Part shown: positions 51,969-64,000 of the stretch, piece after piece | Layout of the letters: every line of letters starts with the position of its first letter | Position numbering within the stretch: position 1 is the first letter of the stretch | Assembly (NCBI GenBank): GCA_965285935.1 | Contig: OZ260661.1 | Location: forward strand, 64,480,001 to 64,544,000 | From: Ophelia neglecta | Lineage: Eukaryota | Length of the DNA: 64,000 nt | Reading direction: 5' to 3' | Made by a program: the position numbers and the translations under genes | Notes under the pieces: generated by a model | What the model saw: the letters and a program-made list of their open reading frames with translations, nothing else | Told to the model about the DNA's origin: nothing | The model's database searches: none

Positions 51969-54849
51969 TACATGACATTGATAAATCCCGGGCGAGTGTA
52001 GACCTATAGTAGTTTTCAATGAAGAAAAACTCAGCTTTATTCATATAATTAGTTTTTATAAAGAATTACGTTAGCCTAAAATAATTTGTAAACACATCAC
52101 ATTTTTACTGTTTCGTGCTATTAACGTGATAGTATTGAGTTCCGATGTCATAAAGGCTGCTTTGTAATCTATTCCGTTGTTTTATAACTTTTAACCTAGC
52201 GAATATCATGGGCTTTACTGATTGTCAAGTTAGGATGTGCCACCTGATTGCCAACTCTACCAAGCCACAGATGAAGACTCTATCACTTCCGGTTTGGTTG
52301 CCTTGCGTTTTTCGTTGAATAAGTTCCAATTTCCGTTATATAGGGCTCTGTAGAAGAATGATAAATCGTACCACTCAGATATGTTAGGGTCTGTTCGTAT
52401 ATCGTCAAGAACTAACAACAGATTTGGTTACAATTACAACAAGACCTTTTCCAGACTAATATTTATGCAGGCGCTTTCAATATCATGTGCTCCATATAGA
52501 TCAAGCGAAACACGAAAAATCAAATATGCCCCTTAATTGTTTTTGCCGTAAACGTAGTCATTGTTTCCTCTCTTGCCATAGCAAACATTTGGGATATTAG
52601 AGCCAGGCTAGGAGGCTTCATGCTTGATAAATGGGGGAATTGGTCGGTTGTTGTCGATATTCCAACTTCTTAACAGTTTCCCGTATTAATTGCTAACTCA
52701 AACATAAGAGGGATTGGCGGCGATTCGACAAGGATTATTATGCAACCAACGTGTTTTCCTGTTTGATATAAGCCAGACATTAAGTCATAACAGAATTCGT
52801 ACTTTGGCTGTCCATGTTCTATTTAGGTGCATATAAAATTGGTCAAATACATTGATTGACACACGAGTTGGCAGGACAATGCTGCATAGTTTCTTCAAAG
52901 CTACCAGTCCTCGCGGCTCTGCAAGCATCGCCTTAATATCTTGTGAGAGCTACCAGTATGGCCAGATTGGAAAGCCACTCGTCAATGTTCAGGGAAATTC
53001 CCCTTTGCAATATTTATGTTCTTGTTTTGAATAATAGATTTTTCGCTCAGGTGTATTTTACAGTTTCATTGACTACGTTACCCGCGACAACTACTTGTCT
53101 TTCGTCAGCAGGATGATGACACTGGTCTAGGGTTTATATATAAACCCTGATCAATAGGTCGGTCAGGGTAGGTCGATATACAGAGAGTAGGCCGGTATAG
53201 AGTGTCAAAATGCCTGCCTGTCGGGTATAGAAAACTTGGGACCTACTTTTTTAGGATTATAGTGATAGGTCTCACGTGAGGGGGTTATTACAGAGCCTAT
53301 ATATAGCGCACGGATCTTATACGAGGGATTATTTGATATATGCCCTCTTATATACAAATGTGTTTCGTATTTATGATATTCGACTGTGGTAATGGAAAAG
53401 CCTAATTTGGAAAAGTCTAACTCCTGAATAAATCTTTCTGCCTTGATTTCCAAGATGATCAGTTGATTGGTTCAAAATTCCTGAAATTTCGTTGATTTCA
53501 GGACTTCCGGTGCTTTCTGATTAGCTCCATAAATCTATTGGAATTGATTCTGCCCAATATTATTGAATAATTGTATTGCCGACTCGCAGTCCTCGCAATA
53601 ACCCAACTATTTTTAATTTTCTGTGTGTTCAAGACAAAAGGGACATGTTGTCTAATTATTGCGTTGGTATGCTGTAAAAAGGGCAATGGGTCATCTGAGA
53701 CTTTTCAAGTCGACTCTGAAGTTGATTATAACTGACACATTTATCTATTTTGTTGAGATTAAACTTGTGATTGCTGATCGCGAGTGACTTGAAATATTCT
53801 TCAAATGAAGCTTATCGGCAGTTACAGAAAGCGATGATTATATAATACATAGTTTTTCTTAACTAGCTAAAGAGTTACTGATCAATGATACTTGATGACG
53901 TTGTGTGCATTTTTATAGTTGTAATATTTCCCCATTTTACAACAATACTGCCCGGGGACGTACAGAATGATTACTAGGCCTATAGGCATAGTCTCGTGTT
54001 TGGAGCAGTCTTGTGTTGGGAGTTAGGAGCTGACGAGTGGCAAGTGTGGTGTTTCGACAGCACTCTCCTGGTATCAGCAACTTTTTAGTTCTTTTTCCTG
54101 ACGAAAAACTAGATAAAATTACATATAGATAAAAGAGCGCCTATTGACGGGATTGTTTTTCGAAATGCAACACGCTGGATGGCAGTTATTTCATTCCTCC
54201 ATGAAGTTGGGCAAATTCCCGAATGATCAAAGTCTGTTATTTGATACATATGGTCTGAATCATCATCGCATTCTTATAGTTACACGGCGTTAATGGCGTC
54301 TTAGAAATCCCAGAAAGTTTTGTTGTTGATTCCAGAAAATGTCTACCATAATAATTATATTTTCAAATTAACAATAACTTAGTTTGCATGAAATTTATTG
54401 AATTAGTATAAATTAACAATAATATACCAGCTGCAGTTACCCCCTTGCGAGAATTGGACTGCACTCCGAGTTCCAGCAATCCTGCAAAGTCATTATGTGC
54501 TGCTTAAAATGACCATAAGTCGATGACAATATAATGGAACACATTCGTTTACGACCAAAATAATCCTCGTTCTAGAGTAAAACTGCTAGGAAACCAGGCG
54601 AAACTGGCCACTTTAGGTCTACAGAGACAGCTAGCTCGTCTCTTTAGACTAATTTGTTACAATTATAATTGAAGTAAATTATTAATGATTTATTTTGCAA
54701 TCAGGATACATGCATTTCCTATAAAGTGTTTTCATTTGCAGAAAAAAGTATACATGTCCATACAGTAATTGATTGATTTAAATTTCCCATTAAGCATCAA
54801 TTTGTTATATTTATCATGATTGAGCCCATGATTGATTATCATAGGTTTT

Positions 54850-55032
54850 GTCTATTTGTACGGGCGTTAAGTGGACTTTGGAGCCATTTTTAGTGATCTG
54901 AATATACATTTGACAGGTGGTCTGTGTAAAATAATGATTGCCCCATGTATACCTTAATTAATCGGATATAACGTGGTCTGCACAAGCAGACGATCTGCTA
55001 GGACAAGTGCTCTGAAAGATAGTCGTCACTAC
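54850..55032 (+). mobile_element. Strongly decayed relative of MITE family A
   Basis: GGTGGTCTG near 54916, GTGGTCTG-like motifs at about 17-nt spacing from about 54972, and a TCACTAC end resembling the family's right end. Confidence 0.35.
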
Positions 55033-55711
55033 ATGCATCGGTGCCTATGAAGTAAATAAAAGTTTGTAACTCAGTATCAATGATTATCTTCGGATGTTGT
55101 AACTATATACATGTTATTTTAAGTTTCTGCGTAAGCTTGCGGCGGATGTTGGTTTTTATGGTTAGCTTGCTGCGGTTATTATGCCTTCGTGTAATGGACA
55201 CGTGTTCAGTCAATATGCATACTTGCGTTCTTTTATGAGTACTGGAAAAAGTCAGATGTCCTCCAGTAAATTCCAGTCAACATTTCTGTTTCCTAAGTCA
55301 TCTTAACTGGGGTTCAGGGCCAGACCAAAGATAAAGGAACAATTTAAAGGGAGAACGACCTTGCGTAAAGATCAAGTCAATACTATGCCCAGGGTATGCC
55401 TTCAATTTTCTGACCAGCAAGCGACGAAATGTAGTCGTGAGATATCAACTTTGTTTGAAACAACATAGATATTATTATTCTCCCTTTTACAAAGGGAGCA
55501 TTCAAACACAGAAAAATGAATGATATGAATAGAAAAAAAAATAAAAGTAGATAAGATAGCCTGTAAGACGATCATAATTGTCCAAACTGACCTTGTAGAG
55601 ATTCTTTTAGTATTTGGTGGGTTAGTAGTTTTAAGCCGTGGATGGATTCCTGTTTGAGACAAAACGATTTAGTATTTTCAATAACCCGTTAACTTTCTTA
55701 TGTTTTTTCCG

Positions 55712-55923
55712 TTCAGTTGCTTTGTCGATTTCAAAATTAATAATATTCTTATTTGAAGTTTGCATAATATCCGTTTTAAGTAATCTCAATTAGAATTAAC
55801 TATATCGTATATAAGCCTGCTTCAAAGTTTATTCTAAAATTCTAATTAAGATTACTTAACACGGATATTATGCAAATTTCAAATAAGAATTTTATTAATT
55901 TTGAAATAGAAAAAGCAACTGAA
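55712..55923. repeat. Long inverted repeat/foldback: two 86-bp arms around a 40-nt loop
   Basis: 55712-55797 is the reverse complement of 55838-55923 with only a few mismatches. Confidence 0.95.
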
Positions 55924-58900
55924 GGGAAACATATATATATATATATTTATATATGTTTTACGAGGCCGTATCATGTTTGAAATTCTTGCAAATCAAATTA
56001 TTGACCTTACATTCAGCTAACCGATCAATTAACATGGCTGCCCTTGGTATTTTTCAGTCTATATTGTATTGCTTTGCGGTGGTCTGGCGAACCATATTGT
56101 CATAGAAACAAAATCAATTCTCACCTCTCCAGATCAATGTCTCTGTCCAGGCTTTGTTAACGTATGTCGATAACTGTTCTCCAAACGCTCGTTCATTTTT
56201 TCGGCGATCTTAAATACTGGTTAAGGGCGAGAGGACTCTGCGCATGCGGCCTTCACATCCTGCTGACCATGCTCGTCGACACCTCCGACCGTCACATCCT
56301 GTATTCTTTGGTCTATAGATCAACTGCGCGCTCAATTTCATTCACATTCGCCATCGACTCTTGACTTGATGAGTAAGTGTCAACTGGATTGGAAATCGAG
56401 TGGGTGAAAGCCTCGTAAGTGGGTATCACCAGTCGTATTACCGGCCCTCATGGCTCGATAAAAAAACACTCGGTAGCAGGTGCAAAACTATAATGTCAAT
56501 CATCTGGTTGCTCAGAGTTTCCACCTGAACCATGAATGAAACATCCGAAGTTAAGAAATGGCAGGCGCCTTAGTAGTTTTATTGTAAACCGATCCCACGA
56601 GGATGAAATGGTGAAAACGCCGCAAGGTGGTTTGGGTCAATCGACTGCTGGAAACACCCGTGTAGTGGTCAATAATCCTCCCACCAGACGAAATCCCGGG
56701 GTTCTTTATATTCAGCTGACATATTTATTTTATTCTCTTTAGAAAAATGAATGCTGTTTTTACTGATTTCGGCTCTTATACATTAGAGAAGCCTAAAAAT
56801 ATTATATGGTGGAATTAAGCTGATTTTGCAGTCACGTGCCTTTTGTACTTCCTCCCTCAGATCACAAAATAACTAGATAACGCCTAATATGTATAATTAT
56901 GATGATCTATCTGTAGACTTCAGAGGTGGGGTGAATGAAAGCGCGCTAGCTGACAATAAAAGCCGAAAAGAAGGAAGGCGTCCCAACCCCAAGCTATAGA
57001 TTCTGAAGTGGTATGTTGAGGTTGTGGCTCTTGAGTCATTAGCCATGTAGTGGCTGAGGTGGAGAGTTCCGAGAGGACAGCGTCCATCTCAAAGCAAATC
57101 TCAAGGGGCATTTTAAGGAGAAGCAGACACGATTGTCCGCCCGTGGCAGCCATCAACGATGCAAAGACACCATGCAGAGCTCGGACATTGAATAACCCGA
57201 ATTTGATCCACTATGCTGTACACCCAGCAAATGGGGTTTGTGGGGGATTAGAAAAGCCACCGTTTCATTACTTCGGTGTTAATTTAGGCTTTTTGTACCT
57301 CATATTGATTTTCATCGGTTAATTTGGTCAAGCCGGAAAAATTGCATGGCGAAATAGGCCAGACCCGTACCGGAAGCCGTGAAAAAGCAGTTCGCAGTTT
57401 GCACCAGTAGGCTATGATGAAATAAGTTAGTACATTTCGGTTGATTAAATCAATGTATCTCCACGTATGGCAGGCAGAGAGCGTTAAAATAAACAGCGGC
57501 TGGGCGGGTAGCGGATCAAACGGCAGGCTTTCCTCCTGGGGTCAAACAGCTGTCACAGACCGCCAAGCTGTTAATCAAGTATGACCCATAAAGATGGTCT
57601 TCACTACAACAACCAGGAATCCAAGAAAACGCCCAGTTAGCATCTCTCTTTCCAAAGACACCCTGTTTTGATACAGTCAAATTCTTTCCAATTCTTAACA
57701 TAGAGACGTAAGGCCAGAAAAATGAATCAGCACTGTTTTATTTTAGTTGCCTAAGTTTTAGCAGTAACGTTCTGGAAGTGCTGATCAGTAATCTATTCTG
57801 GACAGCTGTTACCTTTGTCCTCAAATGAGTTCAACATAAATTCTACTCTTCTAGTTGGGTCTTAGGAAATTTTATCTGACAAAGGCTTGAATCAATTTAG
57901 GTATTTTTATATCTCACTTGTGTTTGTCGTAAATGAAAGTGACTTGTACAGTTAGAGTAGGCTGTTCCGCCTCATTCAGCCATCCTTTTTTGCAATCTTT
58001 AAATTATTTCCCAGAAAAATAATTATATTATTTTTTAATGGATGTTTTAATCGCATTGGAAGTATTGGAAATATTACCCTGCAGAAAATACATATGTATC
58101 TAATCATGGTAAGGGCCATTACAACGGCTTGCTCGGCAATGAAGGCCACACAAGTGTACCAATACCTCGAAACCAAAGCTCTGCATAAGGGGACCCATTT
58201 ATCTGTGACATGAATTGAGTAATACTGGATGAATAAAAATGTCCACAGGTCTATATATAGTTATTTATTGACAAACATTTGATGTTTGTAATTAAGGAAT
58301 AATTTCATTTTTTCTTCTTTCTTTAATTTTGTCTTTCTTATATCGAGAAATCCTATCATTTATGAATAAAGCATAGTTTTTTTAATCACAGTCTTGTATA
58401 TTATGAAGTGGTTTTAAGTGTGTATATTTTTCCCTTTGATATGAAGGGCTTTTTTACATTTTCTTGCATTAGTTGCTTAATAAAGGTTAATCTAAACCTC
58501 TACTATGGGGGGGGGGGGTGTCAAATAAAACGTCACTTGCAACCCTCATATTTAACCCCCCCCCCCCGCAGACATCACCCTAAATTTGGTGCGTTGTTCC
58601 ACCAAGTAAAGGACATTTGCTAAGCCACTGCTTGGAAGTGTCCCTAAAGGGGGCATATTAGACAAGTTTGTCAGACAGAGAGTTCCCTTCTTCAGGAGCA
58701 AAGGTTTTCGTGCTGGTCTGTGCTCGATGCTCTCCCCTAGTAGGAATATGATGTTTTGTGATTAGGCCCTAGGATTTAATGTTACACCTGTGCATGGACT
58801 TATGTACATCACACGAACTGACTTGCTGTCCAAGTTCCAAGTTAAATACGGATATCCTACACGAAGTAGATACACACACTATAGTCAATTTGTCCCAAAG

Positions 58901-61900
58901 GAAACCCGGCGGCGGCGGGGGGGGGGGGGGGGGGTGGTGTTGTTTTTTGCGTAACAACATTTATATTATTAACCCATCCCCATAGAGCCCAGTCGTCGAT
59001 TTCACATACGATATTAATGTTTATGTTTCAAGAATATTTAAGCCAACTGGGGTAAGTTTACATTTTTTTTATCAGGATATTACTCTGTCGAGAACAAATG
59101 GAGAATACAGGCGTATTTGGACACATTGTTTGCTTCGTATTCCCACCTGGCCATAAATTTTGATTAATTTCATCAACACTTCACGATGGCTGCTCTACCA
59201 CGTGACATGTCATACGTCTGTTCCCCATCCCGCTATAATTTGAGACGTGGCTAATTCCATTGGTATTTCTCCTATTGATACCGGTCTTTACGACTGGAAG
59301 CAGTCAGTCGAGAAAACGGGATATGAGATTCAATTTGACGAGTTTCACTGTCAGCTCATCCAGCGGCTGGTCCTGGCAAGCCGAGACGGGCGCTCAGATA
59401 AAACGCCTGGTATTATGAACAATCGAATGATTATAAGGACTTGTAAGAAGATATTGGCTGTCGTCTGCGATTTCCTGGCTGATAAGCAAAGATGATAGGT
59501 GAGATGGAGGGAATTAGAAAAGGCTAGTCGGATTTGTTCGTCTGTGTGGCGATGGCGGCTCAGCATGCTTAATACTGTGACCCGGAGTCTAGAACGACCT
59601 TGGTGGCTTCTATCAGACCTCCGACCTCCTCCTACTCACCCCATGGCAGTAGTCACAAAGCTTGCACTTTTCTTGTCTGCTCTAAAGTCGTGGCATTAAA
59701 GGCAACCTCTATTAAAAGTCGCACGGGCTGCAGTTTCAGATAGAGTATATTTCTCAACTGGTGTGTGGCCGCCTCGTAAAGCGGGTGTCGCCCTTCATTC
59801 CCATCATCGAGTTATTGTCAATGTTATGCAATTACATGTACAGCCTACATTTTGTTGGTAGGTGGGAGGAGATGGGAATATGATTCGATTGGAGTATTGA
59901 TTATTCACGGGAATCAGAGCGAGTAATTGATTGTTCGCTTCAGTCATTTGATACGTTGTGTATTAAGCCTACTATACTTGGCAGACGATGCAGTTCATTG
60001 TAACATTCTTAATTTGGTGCAATGATGAATCCCTCGGGGGAAAGCATTGTCTACGCTATCGATTATAAACAAAACTGCCACGTTTTTGGTACATGAGATA
60101 TGATTTGATTTATATGTCCCTTTGTTGAATAGTTGAGGTCCAACTCACCTGTCTTGCAAAATTAACTTTCATACAAGAGACCGAAACCAGATCTCTAGCC
60201 TGGTTTGTTTCGAACTTAACTGTCGTCCTTATATTAAAAAGATTTCTGAATAACTTTAGAAAAAAGAGTTAGAAATTTATGCGATTTTGTATTCAATTTT
60301 AGGTATAGTATTAAATTTCTGCGTTTGGGCCCCTTTTATCAATTTTAATGGGAACTCAACGTTTCAGTGATGTGTTTTCTTAAGATGCTCTCTTAAGACC
60401 TTCTCAAACTAAAGAACACACGAAAGCATTAGGGATGCCTGCACTACTATTTTTAAAATACCACCTGGAATTAGCGTTTGGAGCACTGCCTGGTCGCCTC
60501 GTGCCATAAAACGTAGCGCCTGTCCAAAAATTATATGTCCTGGGTGGCCCGTTTAGAAGGCCTCAAGTTGACATCAATGGGACTTTAAAAAGGGTTTGAA
60601 AGTTAAAAGTAACGAAATGAAAAGCTTTCCTGGATTCAAAATGAATAAATTGCGGCTATCTAATGCTGGGATCTCAATTTAAATCCAAACTTGAAATGAA
60701 TTTTCTTTGGCCGCTACCGCTAAATACTTCTTAATAAAAGTGATCACCGAGGCATAAAGACAACTATCGGTTCTGCAACCCTGTGGCTTTAATGGGTTTT
60801 TTTTCTCGAATGTAGAGACATGTAATTGGTAATCGGCGAAGTCGAGTCACGTATCATCCAGCGATCGAGGGAGGCAGAGAGGTCTAATGACAAAGAGGAA
60901 GAAAGAAACAGCTCGTAAAGGCTGATATACACCAAAATATATTCTTCCATTTGAAGGTATAGGCCTAGTGCTAGTGAAGGAAATTTTTTAATATCAAACA
61001 TTACACAGAGCTATACACAGGGGATTATTTCGGAGTAATTGTTTCAGTAATATAAGATGCCATATAGAACTAATGCAGGTCTGCTAGTTTTATAAACAAC
61101 ACAAAGATGGAAGAAAATAAAGATTTTTTCGCCATTTTATTTTATCAAGTGGAAAATCTGAAGCTGGATCAGGGGTTTAACTGTGAAACAAGCGAAGTAA
61201 AGTAATTAAACTTTGCGCACGCCGCATTACTTCTAAGGCACTTCCGGTTTATTCTTGCCCTCACAAAATGTCTTCCACCTTTCTACTAGGATTGATATAA
61301 GGCGAGTGCGGCTGACAAGAAATGGCTTTTACCACGTGTAGTATTGAAATAGGTTTCCCAAATATTCTCCGCGCTGCAATTTTACGTAAAGCCCCTTTGG
61401 CAAAAACGAGTGTTTATCAAACACGACTTATAAACAATATCCTGGAAGATGCTGCCATGAAGAGCGTCCTTTTAACGTCTCCACTGCCAAGTATAATTGC
61501 TCTAATTGCCTGTGTGACCTTGGTCCTTGAAAGCTAGCGCTTGAAACCGACAAACAGGTAATTTCCATTTTAAAGGCAAGGGTAGGATGAAAATATTAGC
61601 TAGATTATTTGGTTTTTGGCGCCTAGGGAATACTTGTTATTCGGAGGGATAGCTGAGCAGACGGCCTTTGAGGACTCAATTGCGTCATAGGAAAAAATAG
61701 CATTCTATTCAATCAAATGTTAGTCAACACTATTTGTCTTGAAGACAAATACAATGCTTTTCAGACTCCTATTAATCATGTGAAGTGTGGTTCAGTGTAG
61801 TAAGGGGGGTGGGGTGGGTGCGGGGGCGAGGGGGGGGGGGTCTGACGCCTTAGTAGGACGAAGACCATCGACGAAGATAATACTAGCACACTATTGCAAA

Positions 61901-62323
61901 CAGAAATGGCTGGAATGATCGTGAACGGAATCCAAAAGCAGTAGTACAGCAATGTAAAACGGCCAAAATTAAAAGAAAAAAAAGATTATCTATATAGTAT
62001 ACAGAGATGTTTATTGCCCCCCACCCTTTTTTGAGGGGTCCGTCCTCAGCCCACGCCGACGCCGCCTTTAGTTTTATCTGTAGTTCGATAACCGTTAGGG
62101 CCCCAGTAACTATATTCCATAGGTATAGTATATTATTTTGGAAAATTAGTTTGTGATAGGTGCGCCACCATGGTGCCTTTAATACTTCTTTTACAGCAAT
62201 GGAAAGGATTGTTGTCAAAATTGCACAAAAGGTTTCGCAGCTCCGGGCCTGAAATCACATGGGGGAAGCATAATATGCTTATCATGAACTGTTTAACCTT
62301 TGGTCGAAATCTGAATATATATC

Positions 62324-62610
62324 CAAAGAGGGAACATGTATCACCAGTGCTAAATGACCTCCATTGGCTGCCTGTGGAGCAGAGGATTGCATTCCTGGTG
62401 ATTGTCTACAAAGTCAAAAACAATTACCTTCCTCCATATCTCCTGTCACTTGTCAACGGCTATGTACCTGTCAGAGCTCTCAAGTCGGAGACCCAGGTAT
62501 TATTGGCCAAACCAAATACCCCTATACAAACTTTAATATGGCAGCTTTCAATTTGGCAGAGCGGTAGCTGGTTATGGGATCTCCTGCCTGATTGGGTCAA
62601 AGGTCCTTAA
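62324..62610 (+). mobile_element. L2-clade LINE ORF2 C-terminal fragment
   Basis: EHVSPVLNDLHWLPVEQRIAF..VYK..PPYL..L..YVPVRALKS..LL..P...LWDLLP matches the typical L2 C-terminal HITP.L..LHWLP..RI.FK..AP.YL..Y.P.R.LRS..LWN.LP pattern. Confidence 0.88.
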
Positions 62611-62649
62611 TATCTTCTTATTTTTTAGGAAAAAAAAATTAAATCTATA

Positions 62650-62757
62650 CAGTGGTCCCTGCGATGTAGGCCCCTCCAATGAAGGGCCTACTGCGACGGC
62701 AAGACAGTTTTGAACTCAATGAGATTTGGGAGAGGCCCAACATCACAGGTACCACTG
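62650..62757 (+). mobile_element. MITE family B copy 2 (internally deleted, 108 bp)
   Basis: TA|CAGTGGTCCCTGCGATGTAGG...CCAACATCACAGGTACCACTG; same left end as the copy at 33252. Confidence 0.8.
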
Positions 62758-63049
62758 TGTTCTTTAAAGAAGCCTAACCCTTTATCTTTTAGTTTTAGCC
62801 ACTTATATAGTGCCATAACTGTCTTTATTAATACCTGATGAAATGTGATAATCATTTTATTCTGGCAAACGGACAAATGACCATTTACGAATCTTCATCT
62901 CTCTACGAAAAACTTCTTGAGCCATATCGTTTGTATGTATTGGATTGTGAATCATTTAATAGTGTTCAGCGCCTTAGAGAAATGTAATAATGAGGCATTC
63001 AACATTTATTCGGAGTATGTCGGAAGTTATAAATTGCACTCTGATGGAA

Positions 63050-63450
63050 GTATCAGATTTGCCTTTGACCTACATTTTTAGGTCAAATTGATGACATCAC
63101 ATAGTTCAGCCTTTAACTGAAATACAAAACCTAGACTCTAAGTATATTAAAGTTTTCCTATTTGACCTTGGTGTTCATTCTCAAGTTCAAATTACCCATA
63201 TCTTGAATTGTGCCTTTATTTTAGCAGTACGAGCATAGAAGTACTTTGGGTACCAAAATGAGGCCACATTTTTAGCATCTTATCGATTCCTCGGATTTAA
63301 CCTTGGTGTTCATTTCCAAGGTCAAATTGCAAAAATCATGAATTAAGCCTTTCTTTCAAAGTGAAAGCCCAATATTTCATTGAGATCCCATAGTATACCA
63401 CATTTTTCGCATATTATCGAATTCTCAGAATTAACCTTGGTATTCATGCA
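63050..63450. repeat. Degenerate tandem repeat, about 135-bp period
   Basis: CCTTGGT(G/A)TTCAT at 63166, 63301 and 63435; shared TATCGA.T.CTC.GA.TTAAC and CAAG(G/T)TCAAATT flanks. Confidence 0.7.
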
Positions 63451-63644
63451 TCGACAAGAGTGGAATGTCGGACCAATGGGTTTATTGCCGTTTTTTACGG
63501 GGCTTGCCTTTATAGACGCCTTGTTATCTATTTGCTTTCTATTAAAATGAATATGCTGCTTATACAGGCACATGTCTTCTAAATGCAGGAGGTAAGCGTT
63601 CCTCGACGTGACACATTTAAAAATGTATTTTTATTTTTTCTTAG

Positions 63645-63817
63645 GTTACTGGCTATGCTATATCAACAGTACCATCAACCCGGTCTGCTATGCCCTTTGT
63701 AATGCCAACTTTCGGAGAACGTACTGGCGTATCCTGACCTGCCGGTTTGGGAAGCGTGCTCGGCGTCCACAGCCACCTACCGCATACTATGAACATACGA
63801 CTTACATCACTAGGTGA
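63645..63817 (+). CDS. mAChR-A: Muscarinic acetylcholine receptor last coding exon: TM7, helix 8, C-terminus (spliced protein about 760 aa)
   Basis: (G)[32 protein letters not shown] is muscarinic TM7 with NPxxY and helix 8; acceptor AG at 63643-63644, phase matches the 39058 donor; stop TGA at 63815-63817. Confidence 0.96.
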
Positions 63818-64000
63818 TGGCGGCAGAAAAACCCAGCGTCGCAGGAACGCTAGGTCAATTTCTTCTACACCGGAAACGGCCAGAGCACAGGCCAACTTAG
63901 TACCTGCAAGGGCTTCAGTTTCCTCCTTGGTCACAGCGCAGTTATCGAGATGACAAGGAAAGGCACTGGATTGAACTGCAGGCCAATGACTCGAACGTCA

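Larger units (their letters stand above)
39059..63644 (+). other. 24,586-nt GT-AG phase-1 intron of the receptor gene
   Basis: GTGAGT donor and TTTTTTCTTAG acceptor; splicing restores [13 protein letters not shown] in frame. Confidence 0.93.

Noticed and set aside
63815-63953. Stop-codon readthrough or alternative-frame C-terminal extension of the receptor
   Set aside because: The TGA is followed by T rather than the leaky C context, and an in-frame TAG follows 12 codons later. The overlapping ORF 63747-63953 has no supporting splice or frameshift signal.

Overview
Eukaryotic, AT-rich, intron-containing genomic DNA from an invertebrate animal, probably a bilaterian such as a lophotrochozoan (inference). 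It is not prokaryotic. The only convincing host gene is an A-type (M1/M3/M5-like, Gq-type) muscarinic acetylcholine receptor on the + strand. A 2.1-kb coding exon (ATG 36949 to donor 39058; TM1-TM6) is joined across a 24,586-nt phase-1 intron to a last exon (63645-63817; TM7, helix 8, C-tail), giving about 760 aa. Its 5' non-coding exon(s) and promoter could not be located. The rest is non-coding or repeat DNA: a 60-copy 56-bp satellite (16028-19443), hairpin-rich minisatellites, several MITE families (four 177-178-bp pogo/Tc1-type copies and a CAC-ended element with RSS-heptamer-like termini), two LINE fragments, a probable fossil hAT transposase, an 86-bp-arm intronic foldback and a 198-N gap. 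Nearly all other ORFs in the track look spurious. I found no demonstrably new multi-gene system. The most interesting untested signals cluster on how TM7 is attached to the receptor: an in-frame 24-nt (or 3-nt) microexon candidate, a hydrophobic intron read-through tail, and a possible AUG-containing circRNA.
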